Of a stretch of 64,000 bases of DNA, positions 31,900-41,975 are shown in pieces. The DNA lies in the NCBI GenBank assembly GCA_963806535.1, contig CAWDYC010000005.1:256001-320000 (forward strand), given 5' to 3'. Position 1 is the stretch's first letter, and each line of letters opens with the position of its first letter. The notes under the pieces are model-generated. The model was not told where the DNA came from. It was given only the letters and a program-made list of their open reading frames with translations, and did not search any database. The position numbers were made by a program, and so were the translations under genes. This DNA comes from Candidatus Bathyarchaeota archaeon (GTDB lineage Archaea; Thermoproteota; Bathyarchaeia; Bathyarchaeales; Bathycorpusculaceae).

Positions 31900-33458
31900 G
31901 AGTACTGCTAATAACAGGTCTGATGGCAAAAAAGGACGTAGAACGTTACGCTAAAGAAAGCAATGTAGAAACCGAAGTCTTGGCTTTGAAAACGCCCGTC
32001 GCAGCCTTTTTGACGCCTCAAATAATCAGTAACGACTTGAAAAAAATAGAAACTAAAGATTTTGATTTAATCCTTGTTCCTGGACTGATTCGAGGTGACA
32101 CTTCAATCATTTTCAAAGTCACCGGTATTTCAACATTTAAGGGTCCAAAATACGCCGCTGACTTGCCGACTATTCTTGATTCGCTAGGCGAAGTAACTCT
32201 TTCAACGGATACTCCCGCAGATGAATTGCTCAAAGAAAAACTTGAAAAAAAGGCTCTTGAGGAAATAGCAAAAGTTGAAAAAAACAAAAATGCCCTTCTT
32301 AAATGCCCAGGCAATATTTTGATTAAGAATTTGGCTATCGGCAAAGATTTTCCTATGCGGGTTTTGGGCGAAATAGTTGATGCCGCCCAAATGAGCGATT
32401 TGGAGATTCAGCGTTTGGCTAAGCACTATGTCCAAGCTGGCGCAGACGTTATTGATGTTGGCATGGTTGTTGGCGAGACCAGACCAAAAGATGCGAAGCG
32501 AATTGTTGCCGCAGTCAAAGCAGCCGTAAACGCTCCTGTGAGCATTGATTCGCTCGATTCCGAAGAAATCAAAGCTGCAGTTTCTGCTGGCGCTGATTTG
32601 GTGCTGAGTGCTGATGCAGGAAATATCACTTCAATAGCATCTTTCATAAGAAATGTTGCCGTTGTAGTTATTCCGACAAACCAAAAAGAAGGGTACTTCC
32701 CCAAGAAGGCCCTGGATCGCGTACATCTACTCGAAGAAATAATTGATGAAGCTAACCGATTAGGCGTAACAAGAGTTTTAGCCGATCTAATTTTGGATCC
32801 GACAGAAATTCTAGAATCATTTGATGCATTCCGTCAATTTGAAAAGAAAAATCCAGAAATCCCCCTCTTTATAGGCATTTCAAACGTTACCGAGTTGATA
32901 GATGCAGATTCAATAGGGGTAAATGCTCTGCTTACCAAATTATCCTCGGAGATAAGTGCAAGTATGCTGTTAGCAACAGAAAAAAGCGACAAAACAAAAG
33001 GAACAATTAAAGAAGAAGCCATCGCTGCCAAAATGATGTTCTTAGCTAAAAAAAGAGGCTCAGTGCCCAAGGATCTCGGAATAGACCTTCTAGTATTCAA
33101 AAATAAGCGAAATCGAGAGTCGCCATACGACAAAAGGGTTGAACAAAAAAGCCGCGTTTTGCTTGCAACCCAAAAAGAGCAACCAGTTAAGCTTGATAAA
33201 GAGGGATCGTTCAGGATTTTTGTGGATCGAGATGGACAAAACATCGTTGCACAGCATTTCATATTGACTGATGAGTTAGCGCCGAGCCTGATAATTAAGG
33301 GGAAAACGGCTGAGCAGGTTTACGGTCTGATTATTGAATCTGGTTTGGTTACAAGGCTTGAACACGCGGCTTACTTGGGAGGTGAGTTGCAGAAAGCAGA
33401 AATCGGGTTAAGGACGGGTAAAGAATACCTTCAAGATAAAAGGATGTTTAAAGAATAA
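31896..33458 (+). CDS. Archaeal dihydropteroate synthase-like protein (MJ0107 type) with C-terminal DUF4346-like domain
   Basis: LITGLMA, VAAF, KGPKYAADL, GADVIDVG, SIDS, DLILDP, NVTELIDADSIG, PKDLGIDLL, HAAYLGGEL. Confidence 0.88.
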   Translation: MRVLLITGLMAKKDVERYAKESNVETEVLALKTPVAAFLTPQIISNDLKKIETKDFDLILVPGLIRGDTSIIFKVTGISTFKGPKYAADLPTILDSLGEVTLSTDTPADELLKEKLEKKALEEIAKVEKNKNALLKCPGNILIKNLAIGKDFPMRVLGEIVDAAQMSDLEIQRLAKHYVQAGADVIDVGMVVGETRPKDAKRIVAAVKAAVNAPVSIDSLDSEEIKAAVSAGADLVLSADAGNITSIASFIRNVAVVVIPTNQKEGYFPKKALDRVHLLEEIIDEANRLGVTRVLADLILDPTEILESFDAFRQFEKKNPEIPLFIGISNVTELIDADSIGVNALLTKLSSEISASMLLATEKSDKTKGTIKEEAIAAKMMFLAKKRGSVPKDLGIDLLVFKNKRNRESPYDKRVEQKSRVLLATQKEQPVKLDKEGSFRIFVDRDGQNIVAQHFILTDELAPSLIIKGKTAEQVYGLIIESGLVTRLEHAAYLGGELQKAEIGLRTGKEYLQDKRMFKE

Positions 33459-34610
33459 TTAGAGTTTTTTGAATATTTTTAGTTTTTCACTCATGCCTTT
33501 GCCGAGGTAAATGTTACTGAATACGGACCCTTCGCTTTCTTGGAGTCTCATTGTGTCAATGAGTTGTTTATATTTTCCTCCAGCTAATCCATTAGCAAAT
33601 ACTGCTGCGCCTTCCGCTGCTTGTTTGGTTATCGCCGCTTTGCTCTGAAGCACCGATATGCCTATTTTCAAACCTGTTGTTGCAAAGAAATCTGAAAGTT
33701 TCCTCTTCAAATCAACTGTAAATTCTGGTATTCTCGTAAATCTTCCGCTAAGGACTATTTCCTTTGGCTTAACAGATGGGAGAAGCGATGCAACATCTTT
33801 CATAATAGATTCGAGCATTAGGCTATACCCGTCTTTTACTTGCGGGATTGTTTTTGCGTTTTTTACGAATTCTTCTAGCGGCTTCGAGGTGTCAATTCCT
33901 GAAAATGAAGATACTCCTCCAGCGAAAAGGAGTTGTTTTGAAAAGTCTTCTGTGACGTTGGCTACGGCGTAAGCTACTTCTGAATCAAGAAAACCCATTC
34001 CGAGAAATGATGGGAAGCCTGCTGTTCCTGCCATGGCATCAATTACTTGCCCGTTTTGGACTGCCACTGCTGATGTGTATCCAAATCCAACTTCGAGAAG
34101 AATAAATGATGTTTCGTTGTATGAGATTTTTAGCCTTTCAGCCTGATCTTTTTCCGCTAAAATGACACTTAGAAGTTTGTCTGATGTTCCCATGTCTATT
34201 TTGTTAACTTTTCTATATTTTGGCACAGTTTTTAGTTGAATGATTCCCTGAGTAAAGAACGTGTTTAAGTCGTTTGCGTCCCGCAGAAGCAACATAAGCT
34301 CTCGTAAACCAATTATTCTGAGTCGCTTTTTGACATCGGCTTCTGTCACAAAAGTCGCCTCTGCAATTTCCTCATCTGTTGCATCATGAGCTTTTTTTAG
34401 TTGGATCCCATAACCAGACGGCCCAACAATTGCATCGATTTTTCCTACTCGAATTTGTGCTTCTCTTAGTTTTTCGACAACCAGTTTGGCGCTTTTTGTT
34501 ATTTCATCTCTTGGAATTGCAACGTCAATTATAGTGCTCCCGTCTTTGTCATCGAACCCGAAAATATCCATTGTTTTTGTTCCAGAGTCAATTCCAATGG
34601 CTTTTACCAA
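33459..34610 (-). CDS. DUF1464 family protein (ASKHA kinase-like fold)
   Basis: GIDSGT, GPSGYG, IIGLR, NKIDMGTSDK, EVGFGYT, DSEVAY, LSGR, QAAEGAA. Confidence 0.8.
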   Translation of the reverse strand: MVKAIGIDSGTKTMDIFGFDDKDGSTIIDVAIPRDEITKSAKLVVEKLREAQIRVGKIDAIVGPSGYGIQLKKAHDATDEEIAEATFVTEADVKKRLRIIGLRELMLLLRDANDLNTFFTQGIIQLKTVPKYRKVNKIDMGTSDKLLSVILAEKDQAERLKISYNETSFILLEVGFGYTSAVAVQNGQVIDAMAGTAGFPSFLGMGFLDSEVAYAVANVTEDFSKQLLFAGGVSSFSGIDTSKPLEEFVKNAKTIPQVKDGYSLMLESIMKDVASLLPSVKPKEIVLSGRFTRIPEFTVDLKRKLSDFFATTGLKIGISVLQSKAAITKQAAEGAAVFANGLAGGKYKQLIDTMRLQESEGSVFSNIYLGKGMSEKLKIFKKL

Positions 34611-34616
34611 AGAATA

Positions 34617-35600
34617 TTACTCCTTAATAGATGCTCCACTGTTAGCTGCTTTAGTGTAGAAAACTTCTCCTCCGCCGTTTCTTGACAGGTAATCTTTAAG
34701 TTCTTTTGTCAAGAGTTCAGCTTGGCTTTGCCTGTCGACTATACCATAGATTGTTGGTCCCCATGAGGTTTGGCAAGCACATGTGCTCCTTTTCAAAATG
34801 ATTTTTATTGCTTCTTCGACTACAGGATGGCAATAAGTTCTGCCACATTGATATTCATTCCAGAACTTACCCAGCTCCGAATTAAAAGCAGTTAATCCTT
34901 CGCCAAAAGATTTAAGGTCAATCTCAACGATAGAAGGGATAATTTTAACTAACACAATTCTTGAGAGCTTATCTGAGGTTTCTTTGGGCATCAATTTGAG
35001 GTTCCTAAGGATGTGGTCTTCGTTTTCCCGCATTTTCACGATTTTCTCCTGCGGTTCATTTGCTATGGCGATAACGAAAAGCCAGTTGTTTGGCACTGCT
35101 TGGTGGAAAATTAGTGGCGGAATCATTTTTTCTCGCTGATCGACTCTAAAACCACCTTCAACAATGAAACCGCCGACTTTGAATGCGTGAACTCCCAAGC
35201 TTGTTATGGCGCCTCTCTGCATAGTCAATGCGATTTGCTCAGTGGTTAATTGCAGTCCATACAATTTTGCTAAAGCAGAACCTATCGACAACGCCAAAGT
35301 TGTATGGTACCCCATTCCCACAAACTTTGGAATACTCTTCTTAACCTTAACTTCAGCCCCAGCAATGTCAAATGCGTCAACAAAACGGCTGGCAAATAGG
35401 TAAGCCGCTTCATCTTCAGACTTAACGTCGACGGCTTTTGCGACTTCAACCTCAAGAAGACGGTCAACTGCGAAACCAACTGTTCCGTAGAGTCTTCCAA
35501 GGTCTCCAGTCATGTCGAAATTGCCAGTGTGCAAGTGAGCTGGAGCGGTTACTGTAACTTTGTTAGTTTTTTGCATTCTGTCCACTGCACGGTGATGCAC
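34617..35600 (-). CDS. Beta-RFA-P synthase-like paralog (GHMP fold), divergent
   Basis: PAHLHTG..DLGRLYG, GGFIVEGG, QTSWGPT; loop reads IPKFVGMGYHT. Confidence 0.8.
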   Translation of the reverse strand: MHHRAVDRMQKTNKVTVTAPAHLHTGNFDMTGDLGRLYGTVGFAVDRLLEVEVAKAVDVKSEDEAAYLFASRFVDAFDIAGAEVKVKKSIPKFVGMGYHTTLALSIGSALAKLYGLQLTTEQIALTMQRGAITSLGVHAFKVGGFIVEGGFRVDQREKMIPPLIFHQAVPNNWLFVIAIANEPQEKIVKMRENEDHILRNLKLMPKETSDKLSRIVLVKIIPSIVEIDLKSFGEGLTAFNSELGKFWNEYQCGRTYCHPVVEEAIKIILKRSTCACQTSWGPTIYGIVDRQSQAELLTKELKDYLSRNGGGEVFYTKAANSGASIKE

Positions 35601-35632
35601 CAGAGCAGAATTATAAGTTTTTCGTTCGCCTG

Positions 35633-36590
35633 CTATCTGATAACTTTGATAATTGCTCCTCGATTATTTCCTTTAGCCACAAAAACCTCTCCGCCCACAC
35701 TCTTTAAAAGGAAAGCCTTAACTTTTGCAAGAGTTTCCTGTGCCTCGCCGCTTCTAATTACGCCATAAACGGTTGGTCCCCAAGAACTCTGTCCTGCACC
35801 ATAAACACCGTTTTCAAGCATGAACTCTATGCATTTTGCCGATGGAGAGCTTGAGTATCTGCCGCCTTGAGCTTGCGCAAAACTGTCGCCGACAATGCAT
35901 TGGATCTGTGTCATGGCTTCTCCAAAGCTTTTGATGTCTTTTTCAGCGACCGCTGGAAGAAGCTTCATCATGGTTAGCCGACAGATTTTGCCGACATCTT
36001 CCGCTGTCATAGGTGGAAGCTTCTCAAAAGCTGAAGCCTCAGCCTCATTTGCAAAACCCTTTTTTACATTCGGGATTGCAACAACAAAGCGCCATTCCTT
36101 AGGTAAGGGTTGCCGGCAAATAAGTGGAATAGTTTGTCGAGAAGGGTCTTTCGTGTTTCTTCCAGCATCCACAACCAATCCTCCTTCCTCGAATATTGCT
36201 GTGCCCACACCTGACTGAGCTGTCCTACCCATCGCAACGGCAAATTCATGAATAGAACCTTCCACATCAAACAAACGCGAAATTGAGGCGGCAACTGCCA
36301 AAGCTAACTGCGTTCCCGAGCCAAGCCCAATGTGTTGAGGAATCACCTGCTTAACATCTACTGCAACCTTTTCATTTATTTCATAGGCGAATAAAAACTG
36401 CTTAGCCAGCTTTTGGGTTAATTTAGCCATTTCGCCGTTGACCTTCAACGCTTGGGCTTTTTCGAGCTTCTAGAACCACATTTGGTTGGTCGATTGCTAC
36501 ACCTAACCCTCCGAAAATTCTGCCCAAGTCGCCATTCAAATCTACGAGTCCCAAATGCAATCGTGCAGGGGTTTTAACGTAAATCTTCAT
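35633..36590 (-). CDS. mptG: Beta-ribofuranosylphenol 5'-phosphate (RFA-P) synthase (frameshift near 36465)
   Basis: MKIYVKTPARLHLGLVDLNGDLGRIFGG, PQHIGLGSGTQ, SGVG, GQSSWGPT. Confidence 0.85.
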
Positions 36591-37087
36591 TTCTTGCCGT
36601 CCGCCGAATCTTCACGTTTGATTTCTGACTTGTCATAATCCAATTGGGCAAGAAGTTCAGACACGGTTTTGCGGGTGATAGGGTGCACGAAGTCGGCTGC
36701 GATTTCGGCTAAGGGAACAAGCACAAACGCTCTTTCAATCATTTTTGGGTGCGGCACATGAAGGTCCCTTTCATCGATAATTTTTTTTCCATAAAAAAGG
36801 ATGTCCAAATCAATTATGCGTGGTCCATTCCTCTCGACTGATTTTCTACCCGATTTTTGCTCAATATCCTTTAGAAACAAAAGCAACTGCATAGGCGCCA
36901 ATTTCGTTTCGACTTTGGCAACGCCGTTAAGAAACCAATCCTGCTCTTCAATGTACATAGGCTTAGTTTCATATAGAGCAGACCGTTTGAGTATCTTCAT
37001 TTTTTGCTTAAGGGCTTCAAAAGCATTGTTGATGTTAGCTTCCCGGTCTCCAATGTTTGAGCCAAAAGCAATGTAAACTTCAACCAT
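36587..37087 (-). CDS. folK: 6-hydroxymethyl-7,8-dihydropterin pyrophosphokinase, bacterial type
   Basis: IAFGSNIGDR, YETKP, FLNGV, GPRIIDLDIL, VPHP, RAFVLVPL. Confidence 0.95.
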   Translation of the reverse strand: MVEVYIAFGSNIGDREANINNAFEALKQKMKILKRSALYETKPMYIEEQDWFLNGVAKVETKLAPMQLLLFLKDIEQKSGRKSVERNGPRIIDLDILFYGKKIIDERDLHVPHPKMIERAFVLVPLAEIAADFVHPITRKTVSELLAQLDYDKSEIKREDSADGKK

Positions 37088-37433
37088 GACGGTCCCTGGA
37101 AATTTCAATTCCCATCATAGGTTGTATTGCATACTTTTCCTTCTTAACTGCAATAACAACTCTTGACGCAAGAGAATTCTCCAAAATTAATGAAGCCACA
37201 CCTTCTGCAATGCGCTCCAAAAGTTTGAACTCACCGGTTGTGACAAAATCAGTTACTTTCTCTTGAATGCCAGAGTAGCTTATGCTTTTGCTTAGAATAT
37301 CTGTATTTCCTGCTGTACTGAGATCGCAAAAAACCTCAATGTCGACCACAACATTCTGCTTTTTTGCCCGCTCTTCTTTGGTCACTCCGACTTTGCAAGA
37401 TATAACTAAGTTCTTAACAAAAATCTTGTCCAT
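37080..37433 (-). CDS. folB: Dihydroneopterin aldolase, bacterial type
   Basis: DKIFVKNL..GVTKEER..Q, SISY, FKLLERIAE, VKK. Confidence 0.9.
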   Translation of the reverse strand: MDKIFVKNLVISCKVGVTKEERAKKQNVVVDIEVFCDLSTAGNTDILSKSISYSGIQEKVTDFVTTGEFKLLERIAEGVASLILENSLASRVVIAVKKEKYAIQPMMGIEISRDRHG

Positions 37434-37455
37434 CAATGATGCTTCCTAAGCGAAC

Positions 37456-37818
37456 TCAGCTTTCAAAATATTCGCACCAGCTCTTGGACGTTTCCCAAAT
37501 TCTTACCTTTTCCAAAGACACTCCAGTCCGCAAATTATCTTTTAAGCTTTGAAAAATGTAGCGGGAAATATTTTCTGTTGACGGATTACCTATTTCTTTC
37601 AAGTCATTAAGATAGCTATGATCAAACTTTTCGGTTATTTTGAGTAATTGCTCTTTTAGGGCTCTGAGGTCAACTGAAACGCCGATTGAATCTAGTTGTT
37701 TTGTTAGGAAAAAAGCTTCGACTTTGTAGGTGTGGCCATGTAGGTTGGAACATTTGCCCTTGTAACCATCCAGTTTATGCGCCGCGTCAAATTCAGACTT
37801 CACTCTTAATCTGAACAT
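37456..37818 (-). CDS. queD: 6-carboxy-tetrahydropterin synthase (PTPS-I/QueD)
   Basis: FDAAH, CSNLHGHTY, DHSYLN, PSTEN, WET. Confidence 0.9.
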   Translation of the reverse strand: MFRLRVKSEFDAAHKLDGYKGKCSNLHGHTYKVEAFFLTKQLDSIGVSVDLRALKEQLLKITEKFDHSYLNDLKEIGNPSTENISRYIFQSLKDNLRTGVSLEKVRIWETSKSWCEYFES

Positions 37819-37834
37819 TTAGCTTATATCCGTC

Positions 37835-38599
37835 CTAAAGTGTTCCTCGCCATTCTGAATAGGCATTGTGGTCATGGATAGATTCGTAACTGGAACATCT
37901 GACAACACAGGGCCTTTGGGGGTACTTTTCTCTTAGCGACTGGACACATTTCCTAACAACGTCTTCAACGAATCTTGCGTTTTCATGCATTTGCTCAACT
38001 AGCCTCTTTTCTTCAGGTCTCTTCAAAATCGAAAATGTGGGTGAACTGAAACTTTCGTTGCAAACATGGATAATGTCAGATAATTCGATTTTTCCTTTTG
38101 AAACGTCAATATCTATGCTTAAGTTTCCCCGTTGGTTATGGGTTAAACCGTTGCACATTTCTTTTGAACATGGACAAGCAAGTGCGCCGTTAACTGAAAC
38201 ACCCAAAGTCTTCCTCCTGGTTTGGGTCGAGTATCTTGCAGACATTTGGGCTATCCCATTTTCTATTTCACCATTTGGCCTTGTTCGTTCAAATGGAAAT
38301 TCACAAAAAACTTTTGTGCAGCAGTCAAAACGATGTTTTGCCAAGGAGGTTTCAGAGATTTTTTCAGCTAAGTCCTCGATTGAAGTTGTTTCTTCAGGGA
38401 TTTCGTCAATGGATTCAGCGAACCTGCTCATGTGTACTCCGCGGAGGTTTGAAGGCAATTTTATGTAGCTGTTGATTGTAACAATTGTGTGATAGTTTTT
38501 TGTTGGGCTTTTAACCACAACGTATTTTCTTAGCCCTTCAACTCCAACTTTGTTTAGTTCAATCTCATTTTCCGGCTTTTCATTCTGGACGTCTTTCAA
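37835..38599 (-). CDS. mptA: GTP cyclohydrolase, MptA/FolE2 family
   Basis: DVQ, GVHMSR, ACPCS, THNQR, LKRPEE, FVEDVVR, ESIHDH. Confidence 0.88.
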   Translation of the reverse strand: MKDVQNEKPENEIELNKVGVEGLRKYVVVKSPTKNYHTIVTINSYIKLPSNLRGVHMSRFAESIDEIPEETTSIEDLAEKISETSLAKHRFDCCTKVFCEFPFERTRPNGEIENGIAQMSARYSTQTRRKTLGVSVNGALACPCSKEMCNGLTHNQRGNLSIDIDVSKGKIELSDIIHVCNESFSSPTFSILKRPEEKRLVEQMHENARFVEDVVRKCVQSLREKYPQRPCVVRCSSYESIHDHNAYSEWRGTL

Positions 38600-39237
38600 T
38601 ACTTATGCCTCGATTGTCCGAAGGTTTTCGATGCCCTTTACAGACAGAAAATGTGTCTTTGACAAAACTTGTTATATGTTGCTCACCTTAACTCTGTTCT
38701 ATTGGGTTTTGTCAACTGCTCATTCAAATGCTTCATTAACTGTCTGAATATTTTTTCAAAGCTGTGTAATTTTTTACATCGCTCGGCTATAAAAGACTTT
38801 CCAGTGTCTGAAAAGCAAGCCATTGGTATTGACACATAAATGTTAAATTCTGACCAACTAAAAAGCATGGTAAAAAGCCAAAATTATTCGCCTATTTTCA
38901 GAGGTTATTTAGCTTATAGCGTCAGTTTTTGAGCTATTTTAGCGACTTGCGACAGAACATTTACTCTTTGGCAAATTTTAAATACAAATTGAAGGCAATT
39001 GTAGCTTTGAGGTTAATAGAGTGGCTAAAGCTCCAAAAAAGGTAGAGAAAAAGGTTAAAAAGAAAAAATAAGCATTCTCTAAGTCTATCTAAATCCTCAT
39101 TTTTCTTTTCTAATTCAATATCACTGAACAGCCTAAAAGTAAACATTAAAAGCAAGAAGCAAGCTAAAATTAAATGGCTTTTAGCCTCAGATTTTGGTCT
39201 AAAAGAAACTTTATCTCTTTAAACTAAATTAACTAGA

Positions 39238-40185
39238 TTGAACGGTGAGAACAAAATTTGGAAAGCAACTCTGTTAAGTACAAACATAGCTGGTCTGCAG
39301 CTGGAAAACCCAACCATTTTAGCTTCTGGAATTTTGGGTTACTCAGCAGAATCCTTAAACCGCGTTGCAAAAGGTGGCGCAGGAGCAGTGGTCACAAAAT
39401 CCATAGGAATAGAACCCCGAGTCGGCTACCCAAACCCAACAGTGGTCCAAGCAGAGGCTGGATTAATTAACGCTATGGGCTTACCGAACCCAGGCATCGA
39501 CACTTTACAGTCAAGAGATTAAATATTGTAAAACAATTCTGCGTGTACCACTTATTGTAAGTGTGTTTGGTTATTCAGCAGACGAATATGCTACGGTTGC
39601 CAAAAAAGCAGTTGATGCAGGCGCTGATGCGGTGGAACTGAACGTTTCCTGTCCACATGTACAGTTTACGGGCGCAGAAATTGGTCAAAACCCGAAGCTT
39701 CTTGCTGAAGTGGTTGAAAAAGTGAAGGCAGCAGTCGGCAAACCCATACTGGTGAAACTTTCGCCAAACGTTGCAAATATAGCTGTGATCAGCTAGAGCT
39801 GCTGTTGAGGCTGGAGCAGACGCCTTGACGGCTGTAAATACGCTTAAAGCAATGGCGATTGATTCCGAAACGATGCGTCCAATCTTAAGCAATCTTAAAG
39901 GCGGATTATCTGGTCCAGCAGTAAAGCCCGTGGCGCTTGCGATGTGTTTATGACATCCGCGAAGAACTGCCTGACGTGCCAATAATAGGTTGCGGCGGAA
40001 TAACAGATTGGCGAGATGCCGTTGAGTTTTTGTTGGCTGGTGCTTCAGCCGTTCAAGTTGGCACAGCCATCGCGTTGGAGAACACAGAGGTTTTCCAAGC
40101 AATAACTAAGGGCATGGAAGTTTATTTGAGAAAGAAACATTATGGGAGTGTAAAAGAAATTGTCAACCTCGCTCACCGCAGTTAA
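39238..40185 (+). CDS. pyrD: Dihydroorotate dehydrogenase family 1B catalytic subunit (frameshifts)
   Basis: [45 protein letters not shown] across frames. Confidence 0.92.
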
Positions 40186-40980
40186 TACACTTAGAACAAG
40201 CGAAATAGTGCAAATTAGAACTGAGAGTCCAACAGTTAAAACCTTCATCCTGACTGACAAATTATGTACAAAAGCTAAGCCAGGACAGTTCTTGATGCTT
40301 TGGATTCCAGGCATAGATGAAATCCCCTTGAGCATAATGGACACGAGCAATGGATTAGTTTCTGTTTCCGTGAAAGCAGTTGGCGACGCAACACGACATC
40401 TGCACAGCATGGAAGCAGGCCAAACTGTTGGCGTACGTGGACCTTTCGGAAACAGTTTCACTGAAAGCCGAGGCAGAGTTCTGCTGGTAAGCGGTGGAAC
40501 AGGAACGGCGCCTTTGCTGTTTCTTGGCTAAGCAGCTTTCAGCTAAAACTGAACGGTTGTCCTTTGTTGAAGGTGCCAAAACCAAAGATGAGCTTCTCTT
40601 TATTCGAGAACTTAACGGTGTCTGCAACGAGAAAAACTTAATCACAACAACTGAAGATGGCACTTATGGTTTGCAATGCATGGTAACTGAACCACTTGCC
40701 AAACTCTTGGACAGAGAAAAATTCGATATGATCTACACATGTGGTCCAGAAGTTATGGTAAAAAAAATCTTTGAACTAACAGAACAACGCAAACTACCCA
40801 TTGAAGCAAGCCTTGAGAGGCTGATGCGCTGCGGAATTGGCTTATGCGGAAGCTGTGTGATTGGCAAATACCGTGTTTGCAGAGATGGACCAGTTTTTAC
40901 ATGCTGCTCAGCTGCGTGAAGTCAAAGATGAGTTAGGAATTTCAAAGATTGGCTTTGACGGTTCAAGAATTCCTTTCTAA
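40160..40980 (+). CDS. pyrK: Dihydroorotate dehydrogenase electron transfer subunit (frameshifts)
   Basis: PGQFLM, RGPFG, GGTG, CGPE, CGIGLCGSC...C..GPVF. Confidence 0.92.
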
Positions 40981-40991
40981 AGGTTCTTAAG

Positions 40992-41285
40992 ATGTCGCTT
41001 TCTCAGTCAGAACTCGAAGAGCTTGTTCGCAAAGCATTGCACTTATACAACAGGGTTAGGAGCCCCGAAGTCACAGCCAAACTCATATTTGTTTCACCAG
41101 CCATCATCACTATTTCTTTTTCTGGAGGCTTCTGCTATGGCTGCGGCATATTTGACATTGTTGAAGGTTTCGCTAATCAATTCAAAACATTCAGCGGCAA
41201 AGCAGAACTTAAAGTAGGCAAGACAAGACAAATTAATCCAAGAACCTTCGAAGCAGACTACACCCTAAAAATAAAATCAAATTAA
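40992..41285 (+). CDS. Small hypothetical protein with CxxC (NifU-C-like)
   Basis: YNRVRSPE, FSGGFCYGCG. Confidence 0.65.
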   Translation: MSLSQSELEELVRKALHLYNRVRSPEVTAKLIFVSPAIITISFSGGFCYGCGIFDIVEGFANQFKTFSGKAELKVGKTRQINPRTFEADYTLKIKSN

Positions 41286-41297
41286 CTTTCAGGTTTT

Positions 41298-41815
41298 TTA
41301 GCGTTTTAACCTGCGGTAAACGTTGATTATTTTTGTTTTGGCGAAGCCTACAATTGTCGGGGTAAAGATTGAAAGTGAAGCCAGAAGGAAATTAAGCGGA
41401 TAAACCATAGGGTATTCAAAGATGTTGCCGCCCCATGGACCTGCTATGTTTTGCATATTGCCCCAAAACTGAAAAAGTGACCAAGCAGTCGTCCAGAGCA
41501 ATGCGCCTCCAAGCCGAGCCAAATATTTCTGTCTTCTACTAAAAGTTGGAACCATGCATATTTGAGTAAAGTGAGTTCTCCTGCAATAGCTCCTGCGGCT
41601 CCCGGAAAAAAAGCGTTAACCAAAATTTTCTCCACTAAGTTGCCCGGAATAAAATGGCCAATCCAAGGAACCTCAAACAAACCTAAGACCGGTAAGTAAA
41701 CGCTGCCAGTGGCAAGTCGTATTGCAGCAGGCATTGCATAAATTATAATGCCTCCTAATTGCCAAATCCAAAACCGCCTGCTCCGAATAGTCCTTGCAAT
41801 AGCACTCAAATACAT
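41298..41815 (-). CDS. Membrane protein (frameshift near 41555)
   Basis: Two overlapping hydrophobic ORFs join into one multi-TM protein. Confidence 0.6.
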
Positions 41816-41975
41816 AGCTTCTAAACTAACTGTTCAGGTTTAAAAAAGTCTTTCCAAAAAATGCCATCGGACTAAAAAAGTGGATGGTTCAGTAAGGCAT
41901 TCAATTTAGCGTCAGAATTGTCTTACAAAATTGAAGGAAGAGACGAGGGGTAGGCTATTTGCTTAGCCTTTTAAG

